The notes under the pieces: generated by a model
Databases searched by the model: none
Told to the model about the DNA's origin: nothing
Seen by the model: the letters and a program-made list of their open reading frames with translations, nothing else
Shown here: positions 12,107 to 24,850 of the stretch, piece after piece
How the letters are laid out: each line of letters opens with the position of its first letter
Numbering within the stretch: the first letter of the stretch is position 1
Program-made: the position numbers and the translations under genes
Source: Harriotta raleighana
Lineage: Eukaryota
Direction of reading: 5' to 3'
DNA: 64,000 bases
NCBI GenBank assembly: GCA_050575255.1
Contig: JBNZDD010013610.1
Span: 1,286,366 to 1,350,365 of the forward strand

Positions 12107-12266
12107 GGGGTGAAATACGGCACCCAATTGCGCACAATATTAAGGAGTGACTTAGTATTAAGGAGTAGCGATTTATTGTGTCGACAGGAGTTTTGGACCA
12201 TTTTGAAGTCAAAGCCTTATTCGGTATGACCGAAAGCGCGACGCAGGCCGGCTCAATTCCTTCCCC
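12107..12266. mobile_element. Possible small MITE remnant
   Basis: Locally CpG-rich, with imperfect inverted ends ggggtgaaat ... aattccttcccc. Confidence 0.3.
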
Positions 12267-13529
12267 GTGCACAGGGAGAGCTTCAAACAACTAGGCGAGG
12301 ATTGGTTACTGGTTTGTGATTTGCAGTTAAAGCATTTATTTCAAATATAAACTTTTCCACATTTCAGCGGTTGTATTTCATCCGAAAAAACAAACAAGCT
12401 TTTCCATCTATTGCCAGAAAGTAAATGTATCATTCTCTCACTCCACAACGGATAAATAAAACGCAGACTATAGAAAACAAGATTACCTCACTACATTGGG
12501 AACAACATCCTTTTTTTTGGTGAACCTCTGAGCTTGGGTTGAATCTCTCAGAAAAGAAAAGGTTCACTTGCATTAACAATATTTCTGATGTGAAAGGGAC
12601 CTTTTCATAAATGCAGGATAAAAAGCTGGGAAACCACTCAACACCATGGAGAAGAGCCAGAGAGAGTTGCAGCATTGTCTGGTGCACTCACAGCTGAGTA
12701 TTTGGACTCTATACAATGCACATCAGTCACAAAAATAAACATAAAAGGACACAAAGTGCGAAGCAGAAGCATTTGTCAGTGCTGCGGCTGCTAAACAGTA
12801 TTTAGCTGCAAGGTCAGTGGAGTAGAATTTGGGTAGTCTTTCTGTTTGCCAATCTTAAAGTTGGTTCATGTCCGAATGAATTGTTTTTTAATACGAAAAG
12901 CCGAGGTTTACTCCTGATTATCACCGTCAATGATTTGGGGGCAAGTGGACACATTTGCTTTTGCTTCCTACTTGTGTAAAACGACCAACAGCACCAGGAA
13001 AATTAACCAAGGAGTTTTCCAACCCTTCTTGACTGAACAACAAATGCAGGGAGAGAACCCATGGCACCGAAGCTGTAATTAATGGACTCTTGTAACAAGA
13101 CCAGGTCAAAGTCACAAACAAAGCCACAAGGTCTTTTTAAGGAGAAATCCTTTTTTTCTCCCCAATGTCTTTTTTTTTGGTTACATTTTAGAGTTTGGAA
13201 ATCCAAATAGCCAGAAACTATACATGCATCCTGTCTAGTGGAACACAGAAACTGACACACCATAGATTGCCTTTCTAATGAACGTTTCGATTGAGTAGTT
13301 ACATTTTTATCTCTTTCAGACCCTTGGTGGCATATAGTTTTATCACCGTGAAAACAACACTAAATAATTAGCATCCGAACACTCTGTCTAATGAGGTGTT
13401 TAATCTGGATGTATGTCTCCATTAGTCCCACCCGTACAGTATATTGTAGTTTTTTTAAAAAAATCTGCAATTGGTATTTTGGTCAAAAAGTCAGTGCAGT
13501 AGTAATTTTGTACAGTGGTTTGAACAGGA

Positions 13530-13700
13530 CATTTCTCCTGGTGTGTATTCTCAGCACTATTTACAGGTAAAGCCTCACCCCCTGTCCTTGCTCACTACCA
13601 ATACACAATGATTTGACTACACGTAACATAAATTTTGTGCAGTGCTTTGAGATATTCTGATATCTTGATAAGGCCCAAAATCAAGGGCAAAATTATGTTA
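13530..13700 (+). mobile_element. Degenerate SINE 3' part
   Basis: aatacacaatg...gtgcagtgctttgagatattctgatatcttgataaggcc matches the family tail. Confidence 0.5.
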
Positions 13701-14090
13701 CTAAAATGTGCAAAAGCTTTTGTAGCTCAATTTGCCTTCTTTTACTCTTTTTATGCCCCATTTCACAGCATCTCAAACTTGCCAAATTGTTGAGGGCAGA
13801 CGTGATTTTATAGCCGGTTTGCTGGAGCTTGTTGTAAGAACCACAGACATCTGACTTGAAAGTTGAGACTGAATTCAACAATTTGCCAAATTCCGGATGA
13901 TATAAAATGCTCCATATATCTGAGACTTGAGAGTTTTTCCGAATGTTCAAGCGAGCGTATCCAGAATGATAACCTTAAGGAAGACGGTATCAGGCTTGTC
14001 TATGCATTTAATTTCCTTCCCAGCTTCATCCTGTCAATGTATTTTGATTATGAAAAATTGTCCAAATGAATATGTGTACAGTGGTGTATC

Positions 14091-14206
14091 CTGTTAGGAA
14101 GGGTACCAAGGGATTGGGGCAAAGGTGGATAATTAGAGTTGAGGTACAGATCAGCCATGATGTAATAAATTGGTGGAAAGGGCTCAAGGAGGTTCCTGTG
14201 TTCCTA
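14091..14206 (+). mobile_element. CR1 LINE 3' UTR end
   Basis: caagggattggggcaaaggtggataattagagttgaggtacagatcagccatgatgtaataaattggtggaaagggctcaagg...gttcctgtgttccta is a typical chondrichthyan CR1 terminus. Confidence 0.8.
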
Positions 14207-14574
14207 CATGGTGCATGAAGTTATTATGCTGCAAAATATTATTCTTAAAGCGTTTCACTGTACTGTGCAACTAAACCTTTCGCAACATGCTCAGATAGAA
14301 GTTTCAACAAGTTTCTCTGCAAACTTAGAGATGGTGTTGGTGTTGGTTGCAATCGAAACCAAGGGCAAAAAAATCCACATGGTCAAAGCCTGCAAGACTC
14401 TTTATTGAGATTGTAGGAAATTATTAAAATCTTAAATTCAATCTCAATTTGCAAGCCTGTTTTCCCCCCTTCTTAAAGATATTAAAAAACGGAGGTTTCA
14501 AACTCTGAATGAATTCAAGAATTTTCCAAAATTCTATGAAGTCTTTAAAGTTGAAGACTAAACAGTCTTACAAG

Positions 14575-14643
14575 CAACAACAACAACAACAGAATAACAT
14601 TTATAGAGTGCCTTTCACATCGGGAGGACGTCCCAAGGCGTTG
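14575..14643 (-). mobile_element. L2-type 3' tail with (CAA)n
   Basis: caacaacaacaacaac...catttatagagtgcctttcacatcgggaggacgtcccaaggcg is the reverse of the tail at 3500-3563 and 61028-61098. Confidence 0.8.
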
Positions 14644-14800
14644 GCAAAGATGAGATGGAATTTCAGGTTTGTCTATGTTTAGTTGGGGTGTTCCCTGTGC
14701 CTTCACATCTCTCAGGAATATCCAAAAAATATTATTTTCCTTTCCCTCTCCCTGTTTTCTGTATCTCTAAAGATACTTAACTTGCTTAGGAGCTTTGTGC

Positions 14801-14907
14801 AATAATAATCCTTGCAGTTGATACAGTGCCTTATCAAACCATTGAGACGTCTCAAAGCGCTGCATGGAATAAATTGTAAAGTGGATTGACTGTGTATTTT
14901 CTAGGTG
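14801..14907 (-). mobile_element. SINE 3' fragment
   Basis: aataataatccttgcagttgatacagtgccttatcaaaccattgagacgtctcaaagcgct...gactgtgtatttt. Confidence 0.85.
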
Positions 14908-16399
14908 TATTCTGTATAAGGGTGTATTCTATAAAGTCTTAGGAAAATTTTTAATCCTGTGTAAAGAGCAGACTATGAAACTGCCATTGGTAGCAACTTC
15001 GCTGTGGTTGGTAAACATCGATGGATTACCTCTCCTGTTCCCCTCCATGGTATATCTGGGAGCTCCCTGTTGGGGAATCTGAAAATTGGGAGGCAAGAAA
15101 AGGAGCCAGGAAAGATGGTTCAAAAGGAGAGAAAGAAAGAAACTTCAAGAGCTGTACATGAGGCGAACAGGCTGGGAAAAGAGTGATGAGGAAGCAAGTG
15201 ATTAACTGTCAGCTGACAGTTTACTGGGAAGAGGATGGGACTTGTGTGATGATGTGGGAGAATGGTTTCAATAGTGGCACACATCAGAAGTGAGGCGCTG
15301 CTATAAAATCATACATGTGGAATGCATACTGTACGAGACCACAACTACTTTCTCCATTCAACAGCTTTGTGGTATTTAAGTAAAGACAGAGCATGTTAGA
15401 GCAATATTCTGTTACTCAAAGTAACCAGTTATTCTTTTGTTTAAATGCATGTATGCATACTTAAGGCGCTGTATCATCTGCACAAGCTTATTTTTTTGGG
15501 CTGTCTCCAGTCGGCACGTAATTGCTTTAGAAACTGTTAAATATCTTGTATGTAGCAAATAATGTGAGCCATTTGACATGATGCACTGATTTCAACTTCC
15601 AGTGAGAGTGTGATTCCCATTCCCTTAGTCTGGGCCATTTTTCAGAAACTAGACTCACATTGAATGGAATGTGGGGGGATGGGGTGGGTGGGAGAAAGGG
15701 AGTGGGTGTTGAGGCAATGGTTTCCGCTTGACACCTATACCCAGTGAGATGATTCCATGTAGGATCTTGCGCCTGTGCTGAGGAGGGAGTGAGTTGGTAA
15801 CTCAGATCCTACCTGCTCATCTTCCTGATATTGCAACCTCACTATCACGCCCACCCTCTCAATGTTGGGCCATGGTTAAAAGGCTATGTTTAACCCTTTG
15901 TTAAGCAGAGTATTACTGTATCTTGTACATAAAAAAAAGAATCACTCTTGCCCTGGCTTCACTCAGATCCTCATAATTCATTAAAGTAAGCTTTGATAAC
16001 TTGTCCTTCACTATTTTATTTGAACTTGATGTATTTCACAAAGCGCTAAGCCCACATTGCGTGTCTGCAAATATAACCAGTTAGTAAAAGACTGGTTTTA
16101 ATAGAAGAAAGCCCTTAAGACTGGATTTTTATTAGAGAGACAAGACAGGGAGAATATCAAAGCGTCTCTGATTGTAATAACACATCATGCCTGCAGGGGT
16201 TAGTCTTGTCCACAAATCAGTGCATTTGCTTATGCTTTGTGGACTTGTGCCTGATAGAGTATGAAAATAATGTTTGGATTATGACAGAAAGCAGTTAACC
16301 TGCAATGAGGAAAAAAAAGACTCCATGGGTGCAGCTGAGAAAAAGCCAGGCGATTAAGTTTAAGAATTGTTCCTGCTGGCTGACCAGTGTACACACACA

Positions 16400-16422
16400 T
16401 GTTTGTGTGTGTGTGTGTGTGT
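16400..16422. repeat. (GT)n microsatellite
   Basis: Read directly from the sequence. Confidence 0.9.
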
Positions 16423-17756
16423 TTGCATTAAAAAATATAAAAAATCACCCCCAAAAAAGGAAGTGAAGATCAAATGCCAATAGATTGCATTAAACATAAC
16501 TATGGCATTAGCTTTGAGAATATAATGGTGCACGTGGCAGAAGGCGCGACATGCTGCGATTCCAAAAAGGGCGCAGTTTTAGTTGGGGGAGATCGTTTTT
16601 TTTTAAAAAACCACGCAAATAAAATAAAAAATGTGTGCTCATTGGAGTATGAGCGTACTTTATCTTCACTGTCAGACACTTTGACCAGTGTTAGGTTATC
16701 CTGATGCATTCGGCATACCTTCATTGCATCATAAATAAATCAGACAAATGACTTTCTTCCGAGGGTGGAATAAGCACAAGGGGGAAGCTCTGCAGTTGCT
16801 TCTCTATGAATCTCCTGATGGCAGCTGTGAACAATGAGTGAACTGCAGCCAACCAATTACCCAGAATCCTTCCTTATCCAGACGCAGAAATTATATTGCT
16901 CGGCGATGGAGGTTTTGTATATTGAATTCAATAGCTCAGAGAATAAAAGACAGACATAAGAGGGGCAGAGGCTATTTAGATGAGTACCACTTGCTGCTTA
17001 GGGCAGTTAGATAGAATTAAATAGAATACTTTAATTTCCTTTCCGTCCCCCCCACAACCCCCTGCCTGCCCACCACCTCTCGTTCCATCCCTTTACCTGA
17101 CGACCCAAGCCTCATTCCCCCTAAACCTTGCTAAAAAGGAAAATGAGCAGAATCCCAATGCTTTAGTCAGCAGTAGTTTCAATATTACACCATAAAAGCA
17201 TTAGAACTCTTCTTTTTGTCTTAATGTAATGAATCGGATATTTGCTTGTTTGTGGTTTTTCTTTTGATTGGAATGCAAACTTTGCATTTTGCACGGTATC
17301 ATTTTAATGAATATTTCCTGCCATCTTTTAAAGCATCCCATTGTTTTGGAGAATCTGGTCAAATCTCATTATCATACATTTCAACACTCCTTAATATTTT
17401 ATATTTGCCATAAGCAGCAGCTATTATTTTGAAGTGCATCAATTGGAAACAACATAACTACCATTTGCTTGCGAGACAAATGTATGTGTGTCTCAGAGAG
17501 TGTGAGGATTCAGCTGTACATTACAAAGCATTAGTGACTCTCTGTGTTAATGTTGAATATTTATGCGTGAAAATAGGTTATTTCGGTTTGATCCTGCAGT
17601 TTGAGGTGATCTTCAATGATGGCTGTTTCAGCTGATGACTGCAGTAAATGATTTGCTCTGAACACTAGAAAAAAAGCACTTTTTACCAAAAGAAAAGCTA
17701 TTTTAGTGTTTTCATTTAGCTTTTTGAAAAATAAAATTAAAATGCTTTTAAAAAAT

Positions 17757-17890
17757 GGGGGGCACTGCTGTGTGCAATTGGCTGCCGTGTTTCGCTCACA
17801 AAATACACAATCAATTCATTGTACAGTATATTCTGTGAAGCGCTTTGAGATGTCTCAATGACACGATAAGGCACTATATCACAGCAATAG
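17757..17890 (+). mobile_element. Short-type SINE, 3' half
   Basis: gcactgctgtgtgcaattggctgccgtgtttcgctcacaaaatacac...ctgtgaagcgctttgagatgtctcaatgacacgataaggcactatatc. Confidence 0.9.
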
Positions 17891-20800
17891 TCTTCGGACT
17901 TATATGAGTAGTTTGAATACTTGGAATCTGGAATTTCACTCATTTCAAATTAAAAGGTAAAGAAAATTTAAATCGATGAAGGAAACTAAGTACAGTAACC
18001 AGATTTCTGACTTAAAATAACTGGATTTGCTTTATTATATTGTGAATACAGTTGTAAAAAGAAAATTGACAAGTCAAAATTTTTCCTGGCTTGAATTATT
18101 ATTTGAAATCAATAAATGAAAGAAATGGGGGGACAAAAAAATTGCAAAAAAAATGTTTCAGCTCCTGTTTCCCGTAAGGCTCAAATGATTATCTTTGTGT
18201 TAAATGTGCAATTAGTTTGTCAGTGTGTCTGAGAAGTAATTGCAAACAGCTATGAATGTGGTAACAGGAAAAGAATTGCATGGATAGGCATGAATGTGCA
18301 TGACATCATTAAAACTAGTGTCCTTGGAATTAATAAATTTTGAGTTATAGGCTATTTGTGGTCACAGAAAAGCTTAAGACCATACTGGCTGCAGAATGTA
18401 GGCCAGAGTCCAGCATTTAGTTGACATTTGCTGCTCTAACTCTGAATAAGTTGTGTTCTGTTACTAATAGAAAACTTATTTCTGAAGTTGAGCCAGCAGA
18501 ATCTACACAGATGAGCTGCAGAAACCATAAGCAGTGTACAGCCTGCCCCTGGCAGTAAAATGAATGTATTGTCAAACAGAAAGACACGGTGTAATGGTTT
18601 GCAACAATCCTATGCAGCTGGCTACGATGCAGAATTTCTCATGTTGAAGTCTCGAGACAGAAGAGATGCTGAGCCATAAATAAAGCAGCCACACACCTGG
18701 AATGAATAAATTGCTTGTGTTGCCTTTGCAATACGCTGTGAGATTTATGCCCGTTTAGTGGATTTTAGGAAATTGGTGAGAAATGTGTTAAATTACCACA
18801 TAGATTGCCGGCAATCTCTACTCCTGTTTTATTTGGTTACCTCAAAGATTCTAAAGTGGTTCCAAAGTGGTTCAGTAATCAACCATGTGTGTATGTGTGT
18901 GTGTATATAAATATATATATTTAAAAACGAGCGTTGGTGCCTCAGTGAGAGAAAATGGTCTGTTTCTGCACTTTAGCAGCATAATAAACCTTTTTAAATA
19001 GATCATATTCCTATCGCCCACCTTATATGTTGGGATATAGACAGACCAGGGAACACAGACAGGTCAGTGTGAATTTGATGATAAATACTGTGTGGAAACA
19101 GAAGTCCAGTATGTAACCTATAATTGATTAGGTGGTAGATGAATTAATATGCTTAATCTTTTCCATATTGCATAAAGTGGACTGTGTGCCATCTTAAAAG
19201 AAATGTAAGCCTTTAATGCACTGCCAGATTTGAAACAGTCTTTAATGTCTTCAATCCATCCACTGTATTTATCCAATCCTTCTCTATTTAAACCCCCCTC
19301 CGTCCCTTTCTCTGTTTCTCGCTTTCTCTCTCTTTTTCTCTCGCTCACCCTCTTTTACTAAGTGTTTACTTCTTTGGCACAGAGAAAGCATTTAAAACTG
19401 ATGTTCATGGTCTGATGCTTCGGATTCCTTCACTGCTGGTTTAAAAGGCTCACTGTCTGAAATTCAACTCCAGTTACCATATAGCAATCCCCTAGGGTTC
19501 TCCTGATATTTAGCAAAAAGGAGCCCTGCAACCACTTATGAGTGGGATTTAATAACGGGCAAATGTGTTTCTTATTTTGCATCTTGTTAAGAAAGATGCA
19601 TGCTATCAAGTAGTCTCTTGGTGTAAGGTTTAGTGCAGTGCCTGCAACTGTAATGATGCTCTGACTGTTAACACCACCATCCGTCGACCACTTAAAATCC
19701 CAGCTGAGCTGAGACAAAATTACTTCATTTGTGCATTGGGCCGAAGATTGAGAAAGTTCTTCATATCTCGTCCTTTGACGATTCGTTCAGCATTTAAATT
19801 TTGAAATATGGAGTGTTGGCATGACTACAGTGCTATAATGCATGCTCCTGTTGGAAGCTACCACACCAAGCTTTATTCAGTAAAGCTTTATTACATGCTG
19901 ATGTGTCCAATTAAGTGGAGTTTCTCGAATCTGACTCTGCAGTGCCATGAATGTTCTGAAAGCATCTCGGATATGTCAACCATTTATTCCATTTTTGGCA
20001 AATGTTCCCCTCTTTAATGCATACCCTCTGTTCTGACGAAAAGGGGTGCAGCCAGGACAGGGATTTTTTATATATCAGACGCACACTTAATGTGACAAGC
20101 TGTTTAGCAGAGAGGCATTTAACAATAAACAGAGAATCAAATATTGCTCAGGGGCCGTTCATCTTGTGTCAAATAGAGAGTGCATGCTACTGGGTAATAA
20201 ACATATTATAACCCCCTCATGCCCGCCATTTCCTCTGGGTGAACTGGCTTTTTTGATCCATGAGCTGGTCATGCAGATTAATCTCCAGCCACATTTACAT
20301 CTCCCATTTACCCCAGCATAACTTCGAATGTTGGAGCCAAATACCTAAATTTCTCAAAAATGAATTCCTACCTCCCTCCCCTCCTCCAACTCCCAAATGC
20401 CATTTACTTAAAAAAAAACATAATGCTTGCTAGTAAACAAACAAACAAACAAAGAAACATACTTGGAAAGTCCAAGAACGAACACAGGATTTCAGAGTAT
20501 TTCACTTGTCTAATTTGAAAAGCCCCCAATATTTAAAAGGTATTAATTTTACTCCTATCCATAGAGTTGGATATGAAGTCTGTTCAATGTAGCTTTGTTT
20601 TCCTTTCAAGTGAAGTCTTGCAATAAACTGTTCATTGTGTTGAGGGACATTTCCACACAGCCTAGAAATATCCCAAACTCTAGCTAGGATAGAAACTCAA
20701 TCAGAGGCCCCAACATACGATATGAGCTGAATTATCCCTAGTGCTTAAAGCACCAAGGGCTAAGGAGGGACACTGTTGTGGTCTGGATAACTATCTCAAA

Positions 20801-21582
20801 TGCTCTATTTGTGGCAGCATTGAGGTCAAAATCAAGTTGTGCTGACACATACTAAGTGTTTTGCTTGTTGTCCCTGGAATATTTATTTCATTTATATAGT
20901 GCAAATAGCAGGCAAAATTCATGACTCCACTAGGCTTTATCCATAGGATATGGAATTTCCTGCATAGTTCAGATATTTAGTGCAACCCCCCACACCCCCA
21001 CCCAGGTTGTTTCAAGTGTCTAAAGCTCAAAAAAAAACGACGCAATATATATGTCAGATATATGTGAAGCGAAACCAACAGTCAATTAATTGACCTCCGA
21101 CTGCTCTCTTTGTTTATAGTAAAAGTATCTAAGCCATCACTTATTTTTAATTGAATATTTTAGTTTCTTTCAGCTGCTTTTTTGGTTTTCAAAAAAAATT
21201 GAAGTGATTATTTGATTGAAATATTTTGTGTTCCATTAACTGTCTTCGTAGCTTTTTCTTTTGCACTTTAATCTAGTTTGTGTGGGTTTTTTTTGGATTG
21301 ATAGATTTGCTTTAATCCCTTGTCTAATAGCAGAATATAAGTAAGATGCACTGAATGAGCAAAGCTTAGTGCTTAGATTTAAGACCTTATATGTGGCAAC
21401 ATGCTGCATATTAAATAGGAGCAATGTTATTTCCTAACTTCTGATGAAAATATTCGCCCAGACACATCCTCCTCTGTTTTATGTTCACCTTTTATGTTCA
21501 GGAAAATAAATGCAAATTTCGATAACATTTTTATGAATTTGTCCTGATGCCTTTTATTCTGGTTTCTCCCCCCAAATAAATA

Positions 21583-21684
21583 TAATAAATAATCCATGCA
21601 TTTTATATAATGCCTTATCACATTGTCGCGATGTCTCCAAGCGCTTCATAGAATACATAGTAAAGTGAATGGCCTGTATTTTGT
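21583..21684 (-). mobile_element. SINE 3' fragment
   Basis: aataatccatgcattttatataatgccttatcacattgtcgcgatgtctccaagcgcttcatagaatac. Confidence 0.85.
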
Positions 21685-21989
21685 GATCTGAAATCCTGAC
21701 AAATTAAAATATATGCTGAAATGTGCGGTAGCATTTATCAGCCTTTATTTTCTTTCTTGGGTGGCAAGATGCATTTTAATGGGGTTTGAGATTTTTAAAG
21801 GGTGAAATGGAGATGGTGGGGGAACAGAGAGGAAAAAATGTACGGTTTGTTTTAAAAAATGGTATTCATGATTAATGCTGATACCAATGAAGCCTTGGAT
21901 GCAAATATGTTATCGGCTGTATTTCATCTCGTGTTTGGTAAAATATGGGGGGTGGTAGGGGGGATGCTAAAATAATAGGATGGTAAGGA

Positions 21990-22880
21990 AACAATCTCTG
22001 AAGGGCAGCTGTCTTATGGCCCTGCTTGGAAAAGGCTGTTCAATAGGATTACTGTCCTACCTCATAACCTATCAGGCTGCTGATCAGAAATTCATAATGC
22101 ACGCCATCTATTTTTCAGCTCCTGCAAGGTTGCATGATTGAATTTAAATGAGCAAATGCCAGAAGTGGGCTTTGACATTCACTCCTCATACTGTCTTTCT
22201 CTCTTCTCCCCCATCCCCACCCCCGACACCAACCCCCACCTTCTCCCGTTCCCTCCCTCCCCGCCTCTCCCTCCCCTGCTTGCCACCATCTCATAGCCTG
22301 CAAAAAAAATAATAGGAAGCTGCGATTGATCACAAAATGGAGGAATACAGCAGAACGGGGAGAGGGAGGGAGGAAGGGAGGGAAAGGGGGGGTGGAGAGA
22401 GATAATGTAAATGGTTGCTGGCATGCTGTCACTGGTGAAATTGCTCTTCTGAAGCCACTTGCGTGGAAATTAAAAAGAATTAAAATGATCTCGGCGTATC
22501 TTTGGGACTGGCATCCATTTCAAACGGCCATTTGCAATCCCTCTGTTTGAGACACTGTTTGATAATCGTGCCACAGCAATGCATTTATAGGTGTCTGAAA
22601 TAACAAGGATTCTCTTGGAAATGTGATGGCACATAACGTTGCGAGAGAGAGAGAGAGAGAGAAAAAAAAACGCACACAGCAAATTTAGAGCCCACTGATG
22701 CATAAATAGGCAAATTCTGCGGGAGAATGTAATGTCAGTGGTGTCGCTTATGGGTCTACCTTATTAGTTCTAACAGGCTGGTTAGTATGGGGTCACCTCC
22801 ATGGCTGCTACTCGCCAGAGCAGGGTCATGCGTCTTCAGGCAAGAACTAGGCAAAGCGAGCTGAAGATTCTGTCAGATCA
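21990..22880. promoter_or_regulatory. Putative conserved non-coding enhancer modules
   Basis: High-complexity, repeat-free blocks separated by homopurine/homopyrimidine spacers. They contain TAAT, E-box (cagctg) and TGATTGAA motifs. Conservation was not tested. Confidence 0.4.
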
Positions 22881-22904
22881 GTCCAGCCAGCAAATTCTCA
22901 TCCT

Positions 22905-23290
22905 TTCTCCCGTTCTCTCTCTCTCTCGCTCTGTTTCTTTCGCTCTCTTTTTCTCCTATTTTTCTCTCTTTCTTTTTAATTTCAACCTGTATTCTTTTTC
23001 TTGTCTCTCGTGCTCTCTTATCTTTCCATCTCTCTTTGCTTTGCTTGCTCTCTCGTCTCTGTCCCTTTTCCCATCTTTTCTCTTTGTTCTCTATTTTGTG
23101 ATCTAACTCTTGCTCTCCTTCTTCCTCCTTCTCTCTCCCTCTCTCTCTCCCTCGCTCTATATGTATATGTATATACACATATATTTCTATACTGTATATA
23201 TGATATCTATGTGTGTGTGCATATATATGTACCTGTATATAGTTCGGTGTGTGGATTTGTCTGTCTCCATGTGTATGTCTGTCTGTGATA
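22905..23290. repeat. CT-rich low-complexity tract followed by degenerate (TA/TG)n
   Basis: Read directly; it explains the S/L/F-rich and R/E/K-rich ORFs annotated here. Confidence 0.9.
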
Positions 23291-24201
23291 CATCATGTGA
23301 CCCAGCTCAGGGCATATGAGATGAAATGAGTTCACGAAAGGGAGGAATAAGAACAAATGGGCGTCAGCTCATGCTCGTCTTGTTTGACACTGTCGTTAAA
23401 TTTTCAATGGGATTTGAAGCTGTTAAGATGTTTGTAAAATTTGAACAGGGGCTGGGGAGGCCTAAGGATTTTCCTGATCATTTCTGGTTGCAAAAATTAT
23501 GAAGTTCCGTACCACATTCTGACTTCCTTTTAATATGGCTGACACATAAAATGAGTAATCCATCACCCTCGGGATACTTTGTTTTGAGGATTACATTTTG
23601 TTAGCATTAAAAACAATTTATGCCGCTCTCGCTCTCTCTAGCTCTACTGTTCTGCTTTACGTATAAGAATACATTTTTTTTTGGGTGTTGGAGACATGCG
23701 ATTTTCTGCTGGAGGTTTGGCTCCTGTCAAGAACATTTTCATCAATTTCAGTTTTACAGAAAAAAGAAAGTCCGCAGACACGCAATTTTAAAATTACCTT
23801 TCACGTGCAGGATTTTAGATCAATACAAAAATAAATCCACCTCCTCAAGTCATGTTTCTTGTTCTGAATTTATGTCACAGGCTATTTATTTATTTAAACA
23901 TTTTTTTTTACACACTCCAAGGTCTCATTTTTTCTTCTTCGAATATATCTAATATTTTCGCTTTATGTCTTTTAACCCCAGGCATATGTTTGCATTGTGG
24001 GCAAAACCCCAAACCACCAACTCCTCAGAGCAATGTCTGGGAAAAGTGACTCTTACAAGTTGTGAAAGCCTTCAGGTTTTCCTTTGTAAAGCATTTAACT
24101 GTGACCCACCCCTCCTCTCTTCCCTCCCCCTATCCAAGGCTTCACGATGCCTTGCCTGCTGGGTTAACATGTAGTTGTCTTTTTATTTTTTTATATACCA
24201 G

Positions 24202-24309
24202 TCACAACTCGGGGAGAGGAGGGGAAAGCAAACCCTTGAAGGATGAAGCTCAAAATTCAAAGCAGCCACAGGGAATTCCAAGGCAGGAGCGCAAGGCAAG
24301 CCAGCTGAG
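24202..24309 (+). other. Candidate 108-nt symmetric cassette exon
   Basis: Acceptor tctttttatttttttatataccag| and donor ctgag|gtaagg. Length is divisible by 3, with one open frame (phase 2): HNSGRGGESKPLKDEAQNSKQPQGIPRQERKASQL. Confidence 0.35.
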
Positions 24310-24569
24310 GTAAGGCAGTTCAGCCCTTCTCTTCATTTTATTTATGCCCTCCATAGTGTGAGACTTCCTAGAAAAAAAACTTGCACTTGGCTGCCAAAGC
24401 AGATGAGCATGGAAATCATGTGAATATGCAAAGCAGGCACACAGTCAGCGTTTGTGACACGTGAATGTGTGTGTATCCAACCAACCCCCCCACCCTCACC
24501 CCACTCACCGCCCCCCCCCCCTCCCTCCTTCTCTTTTCCTCCTCCTCGCCTACTGTCTGATCCTCAACA

Positions 24570-24850
24570 GATTGCTGTTGTTTCTTCTGATCACCAGCCC
24601 TGTGTGAATAGGAGGGTTTGAAGCTCGGAATCATGACATGATTGCGGTGTTTTTTAATGCGCGCTTTTCTAGCTCATTTGCATGTCAAAGCCACGGAGGT
24701 GTGAGCGCAGAGATTAGCATGGATATGACATAATGATGTAATGAATTGAATGTGATCGCTTATGCAAGTAAGCCGCTGAAGAGTTCCGATTTACTGTACA
24801 AGGTTGATTGGTGCCAGAGGCTGTTGGAATGCATTCTTTATTGAAGCTGA
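24570..24850. promoter_or_regulatory. Putative conserved non-coding element
   Basis: Unique block between C-rich and G-rich spacers, with an octamer ATTTGCAT at 24676-24683, several TAATGA motifs and retained CpGs. Confidence 0.4.

Noticed and set aside
22801-23319. ~100-aa ORFs on both strands
   Set aside because: Translations of CT-rich and TA/TG microsatellite DNA.
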